This document shows, one piece after another, positions 58,690 through 64,000 of a DNA stretch of 64,000 nt. This stretch comes from the human T2T-CHM13v2.0 reference genome, Homo sapiens. The stretch is from assembly GCF_009914755.1 (NCBI RefSeq), contig NC_060928.1. One strand, written 5' to 3'. The notes below the pieces were generated by a model. The model did not search any database. It was not told the DNA's origin and worked only from the letters and a program-made list of their open reading frames with translations. The position numbers were made by a program, and so were the translations under genes. Within the stretch, counting starts at the first letter, position 1, and each line of letters opens with the position of its first letter.

Positions 58690-59790
58690 TATTGAAAAAG
58701 AGAAGCAATATAAGGGAAAAGAAAAAAAGATAAAATTTTAGAAAAATAGGGATAAAAGTAACCTGAATCTACAGATTTAACAGTACAAGATATTCCATGA
58801 AAACTTAACACAAAATGTTAAAAAATATATGTCAAGTAGATATCCTAGTGTAGATAATAACTTTCAAAGACAAATAAATAATTTTCATTCATTATCTAGA
58901 TGAAAATTTGAAGTCATCTGTAGGGGAAAACAAAAACAGACTGTCTTTCCATACCTCCTTCACTATAGTGGGAAAGTGCCTACAACTTTTTCATGAAAAT
59001 CAGGCATAACTCCAAAATTCTATATTCAGGCAAGCTGATACTCAAGTCAGTTGTCAACATGGAAGCCATTTATAATATGAAATATTAACTGAAAGTGTAC
59101 AGTGTATTTGTCCCTTTGAAGAAACTATCAGAGGATGTTTCTGTTAACTAAGAGATAGTAAAGCAATATATAAATTTATTTGTATGGTGTTAAGTTATAA
59201 TAAATGTTACCATTTATTATACCATTATTTATGGCAATATGTAATATTGCAAAATGTAATACTAGGAAATCTGACAATGTAGAAAAGGTATATTATACAG
59301 AAATTTGAAGAGAAGAGAAGAGAAGATGGGAGGGAATGAAAATATGGGGAGAAAAAGTAGGGAATGGAGAAGATTTCTTCATGGTTCAAAGTGGGAAATA
59401 GGCATTGAAGAAATAAATTATTAAGAATATTATACAAAATCATAATTGTGAAGGTAACCACTAGAAAGTAAACATAATTATTTCTTAAAAGAACATATTC
59501 CAAAAAAGCAATCTACATGCAGACTGAGTTTTAAAAAACAAAAGGAAGAAAATTTCAAACCTCTGTATATAGTTTGCTACTCTTTATGCTAAATAACTCT
59601 ACACGAATATAATTACATATGCACAGATCGAAAGGCCACACAAATAAATAGTAACGATTGCACTGGAGGGGAGATGAACTGGATAGAGAAAAAAAATGGA
59701 GGAGAAACTGTTTGTAATTCAGTTTATTTGTATCTTTTTAAAAATTTACAGTGTATATATACATATATATCTGGTTAAAATTGAAAAAGT
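58690..59790 (+). mobile_element. Ancient L1 ORF1-like remnant (HAL1 or L1ME)
   Basis: ctgaatctacagattt...atcctagtg...aactttcaaagacaaa and aaaattctatattcaggcaagctgatactcaag (RILYPAKL-like). Confidence 0.45.
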
Positions 59791-61863
59791 CTATAGTAGA
59801 AATTAACAAGTAAGCAAAGGAGGTATATGTGAAATGGGTATTTGGGGAAATAATTGATATACTTTGTTTTGTTTCATACAATATTCTACAAACAGCTCTG
59901 GATCCTCACCTATATATGGGTGATTATATAAAAAGTGGGAATGGTATAATTGTTTACTTTAAAAATTTCTAAATGCCTATAGTATTGAATAGATATCAAT
60001 AGTTTTTATCTAAGAAATATCTCCTCTAGCCGTACTGAGAATTATTTTATTCTCAATAGATCTGTGCTCTGGCATTTTTAAGTTGAGATAAAAGAAAGAA
60101 AATATATAGTAAGAAGGAGAAGCAGAAAGTGTGAGGATCAGGTAAGACTTCCAGAGAGCAAGTGATTGATAGCAATAGAGAGAGCAGCGATGATACTGAT
60201 ACCATGGCCAAAAGGGACAGTCCAGATTAATGAAATGCATCCATGCTTGACGCTACTATCTCTCTCTCTCACTTTCAACTTTTCTGCTGCTCTGCTAAGG
60301 AAACTCTGGTTGACAAACATAGTTATAAGTGATTAATGACATCTGTGAGCAGCTGAAAAAATATTTAAATACTGAGGAAATACTGAAGTAATTATTTTAT
60401 TGAAAATTAGTATTTTATTAAGTGATAGATAGATCAATTTTTACTGTGAAGAATTAGGCAGCAACACTTTAAAGCCTAGAACTATATACATCACAATACC
60501 CTCTCTCAAAATAATAATGTAAAATCCTCAAAAACTGAATTTTCATAGTATGACCATCTCTAAAGGAATTCTGTATAAAAAGACTGCCAATTTTTTATAT
60601 AGTAAGGTGGGCCAGTACAAACATCATTGGACCTAGAGTTAAGGAGGTTGCATATCAGTTCCTGGCTTTGTACTATTTGGTGTAATAAAGATGAATATTG
60701 ACGTTTTGTTGGGATTTTTAATTCTGACTCCAACATTTACTATTTGTTGTCCGTTTCAGTCAGACAGAAGCCACTGCATGTATTTCAAGCTAGAAATGAT
60801 TTAATTCTAAGAATACGGTGTATGGGCAACCACAATAAAGGCTTAGGTAATACAGATCAGAAAAACTGGTACATTGTAGATTTAATTATATTAATAGATT
60901 TCATCATGGGAAGAAAATTAATAGTAAACACCAAAATCAGTTAATAAATCAAGATACCAGCTTGACATTTAAAAATTCTCCAATTTTGAACACATAGAGT
61001 GTCACAAGACAGGCACCATAAAAGCCAATAGTCCTGGCTCAGGGGATGTTTCTAGGCTCTTTTTTTTTAGTTGTCAGTGCTCTTGATATTTAAAAGCATT
61101 GGTTATGCAGCAGATTCCTGCTGCTTCTTACATAGATTTTTCTTTACTCATATAAGTCCTTTAAATTGACCTATTTTGGTTTTAATTTCTCCCTAAGATG
61201 CCTTAACTCATAAGATAGGACCAAAAACCCAAGCGAGATACGATACACACAGTGTGCTCTTAAACCCAGGGTGAATGTCTTTATCCCAGTATCCTGTTAG
61301 CTACTTGGCTCAGTGAGACCAGACTATAAAATCATTTTAAGAAACGTAAGGTAGTAGTTTCTTTTTTGATAGAGTTTATTAATTTTATGTGAATTTACAA
61401 AAGAAATACTTATTGAAAAGGCAAAAATTATCTATTCTCTGCTTTTATAATAACATAATGCAGTATAAATAAAATAATAGGAAAACATCTTAAGATAGTA
61501 AATTTGTGACACTTGCTTTTATGTGAAAAGAGATTAATTCAATCTAAATCATCATTTAAAAATGGGCATTAATGTGCACAAATATCCTTTGGAATATCTA
61601 TAAGTTATACATGATATCAAGATTAAACTAATGATGATTTATCACATTGAAATGTTTCTTCAAAGTATAAGAAAGAAATTATCATTAAATTAACATTTTA
61701 TTAGACCATTAGACCAAAACATATGCTAGTAAATCAATAACCAATCTTTACCAAATAAGCACACAAACATACACTAAGACCTATCTATCATCTGTCTATT
61801 CATCAAACCCAGTACAATGTTTTGAAAAATTAAAAGCTCTAGTTTGTCCTCAAAGACTTTCTT

Positions 61864-62159
61864 TTTTTTTCATTTTTCGAGAAGGAGTCTTGCTCTGTCG
61901 CCAAGGCTAGAGTGCAGTGGCGCGATCTCGGCTCACTACAAGCTCCGCCTCCCGGGTTAACACCATTCTCCTGCCTCAGCCTCCTGAGGAGCTGGGACTA
62001 CAGGCGCCCACCACCAGCCTGGCTATTTTTTTTGTATTTTTAGTGGATTCGGGGTTTCACCATGTTAGCCAGGATGGTCTCTATCTCTTGACCTCGTGAT
62101 CCACCCGCCTCCGCCTCCCAAAGTGCTGGTATTACAGGCGTGAGCCACCACGCCTGGCC
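61864..62159 (-). mobile_element. AluY
   Basis: Y diagnostics (caagctccgcc, ccattctcc, gttagccaggatggtc); perfect 14-bp TSD tcaaagactttctt at 61850-61863 and 62160-62173. Confidence 0.94.
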
Positions 62160-62859
62160 TCAAAGACTTTCTTAAAAAATGAATTGCTATAGAACTACTC
62201 TGGTAGGTAATAGACATTACACAGTGCTTGTAGAGCTGGGATAATCACAAGAATAAATGAGGCCTATTTTCCATTTTTGTCATATGGCATCTGATATTCA
62301 GAGAGGTTGAAATTACAGACTCAAAGTAATGAAGTTTTTTACAACAGGAGAATGACATCAATATCCTGATAACTCATTTGTTCTTTTTTAATACTCAATT
62401 CAAGGAAAATACAATTTAAGTTTTCCTTTGAAATATGACTAGAATAGAGAATGCTCTAACCACTATCTGCTACTCCATGTCAATGTATATGAAAATATCC
62501 TGCTTTAGATGGATTAAGTATGTGCCAGAATGTTTTTATACACTTTGATAAGAATATAAAGTGTCATTTTTAAAATTCTTTAATTTAAATAATGTTGTCT
62601 GTGACATTGTAGATGGTTTCAGGAATATCAAAGTAAATACAAAGCCATGTGTATATCAATTAATGACTCTCAGGTCCACTTGTCCACAAAGAATGTTCAT
62701 CAAGTGCCTAACTCTAATGTTAGTAAGGTTTTAATTAGGTAGGAGAAAACTAAAGCTATATTTATAGATTTGACTTTGTCCTACCTCAGGAACGAGAATT
62801 GGCTAGGCTATCTTGAAGTCTAAAATAATTTTTAGCTATTGGTGCAGGGAATTTCTCTA

Positions 62860-63160
62860 GGTGATCGAAATCAGAAGAGTGGCTGCTGCTGCAGGTAGAG
62901 GGTCAGGAATTGACTGGCAATGGCCATGGAGGAACATGTTTATGGTCTACCGCTAAGTGAATAAAAAGAGAACAAATAACACCAAAGTTTAATCTCATTT
63001 GTGCATTAATAATATTGATAGAGGTTATGCTGGAAGGACACACCAAATGTATACTAGCAGTTATCACTCTATCATGGAATTGAGGTGATTAAAATTTGTA
63101 TCAAGTTTTTCTCAATTATTTTCTAATGTTTCCATTATGTATATCATCTGCTAATGTCCT
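62860..63160 (+). mobile_element. Old L1M 3'UTR fragments
   Basis: gaaatcagaagagtggctgct...attgactggcaatggccatggaggaac; ggacacaccaaatgtatac...ttccattatg. Confidence 0.45.
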
Positions 63161-64000
63161 AAAGGGGAAAAAGGAAAAATCTGGGTAAATTTCAATATGG
63201 TCAAACTTTTTCTTTTATTTTTGTGATATTAAGCAATTACTTTAAAATATCCACAGACTTTGACAGAGTATAAAACATGATTAGATTTCCAGCAGCAGCT
63301 CATGTGGCTGAGAATAACACAAAAGTCATAATTGACCTTCAGACTAGAACTGAATGCCAGAAGAAATGTTCATCAAAGAAGAAATCCTGTAAAGAAAAAT
63401 CAGGACCAGTAGCCAAAGAAAATTTTAGCTACCCAAACATTCCAGCCTGGGCTCATTCCAGAGGCACAACTATATAATACCTTGAAGTAAATCTGTAGCA
63501 TTGGTCTTCTATCATGTAATTAAAGCTTTATTGACAGTGTCTTTGCTTTTAAATTATTTAAATAGATATAAGACATAGCCTTTAGCTTTTTATAGTCTCC
63601 CTTTTTGTGCACTTACGTCATTTTTTACTAGATTCTGCCAATATAAACCTCTATCCTTTGCCAATGTGATCAGTAATCTAGTGGCCAACAGAATAGAAGT
63701 GGAAGCATGTGGTGCCTGCATCTGACTTAAATAATAAGTGGTATATATTGACAATGACTGACTTTAAGCCAATTGAGCTTATATGTTGAGAAGAAGAAGT
63801 TGAATAGAAAGCTAATTGATTGCATTAGTTACTCTTAACTACATTTGTCAAGTTAACTGCAAGAATTCTCTGCTAATATGGGGAAATAAATATAATAAAA
63901 ACAAAATAAGGGAGTCCAGAAATGTTGAGACTTTCAAGTTTGGCAGAAGTAACTGCTTCTCATCTGTAGTCAAGAAATAAAAAGCATCAAACAGAAAAGA

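Noticed and set aside
63277-63477. 66-aa Lys-rich plus-strand ORF
   Set aside because: No family resemblance I can support; the length is within random expectation

Overview
AT-rich primate (very probably human) non-coding DNA, either intergenic or deep intronic. I see no credible protein-coding gene, RNA gene or CRISPR array. Nearly every listed ORF is a chance frame or lies inside a repeat. The window is a layered transposon landscape: (1) a near full-length, decayed L1MA-type LINE (5329-15044) hosting a rearranged younger L1PA and an MST LTR; (2) a CpG-rich solo LTR12 (ERV9) with a perfect 4-bp target-site duplication (TSD); (3) a truncated L1/Tigger1 junction; (4) a two-LTR ERV1 provirus (MER50-like, 40341-47850, minus strand) with readable gag, two CCHC zinc knuckles, protease and env remnants; (5) several THE1/MLT/LTR16 solo LTRs; (6) about 12 Alus, one AluYa5-like and possibly polymorphic; (7) old MIR, L2 and MER fragments. 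I found no evidence for a new biological system. The most unusual structures are an internal inversion-plus-deletion in the nested L1PA, a direct-plus-inverted templated duplication at 28.1-28.8 kb and a 35-bp-arm hairpin at 31.5 kb. Subfamily names come from recalled consensus sequences and need RepeatMasker/Dfam confirmation.
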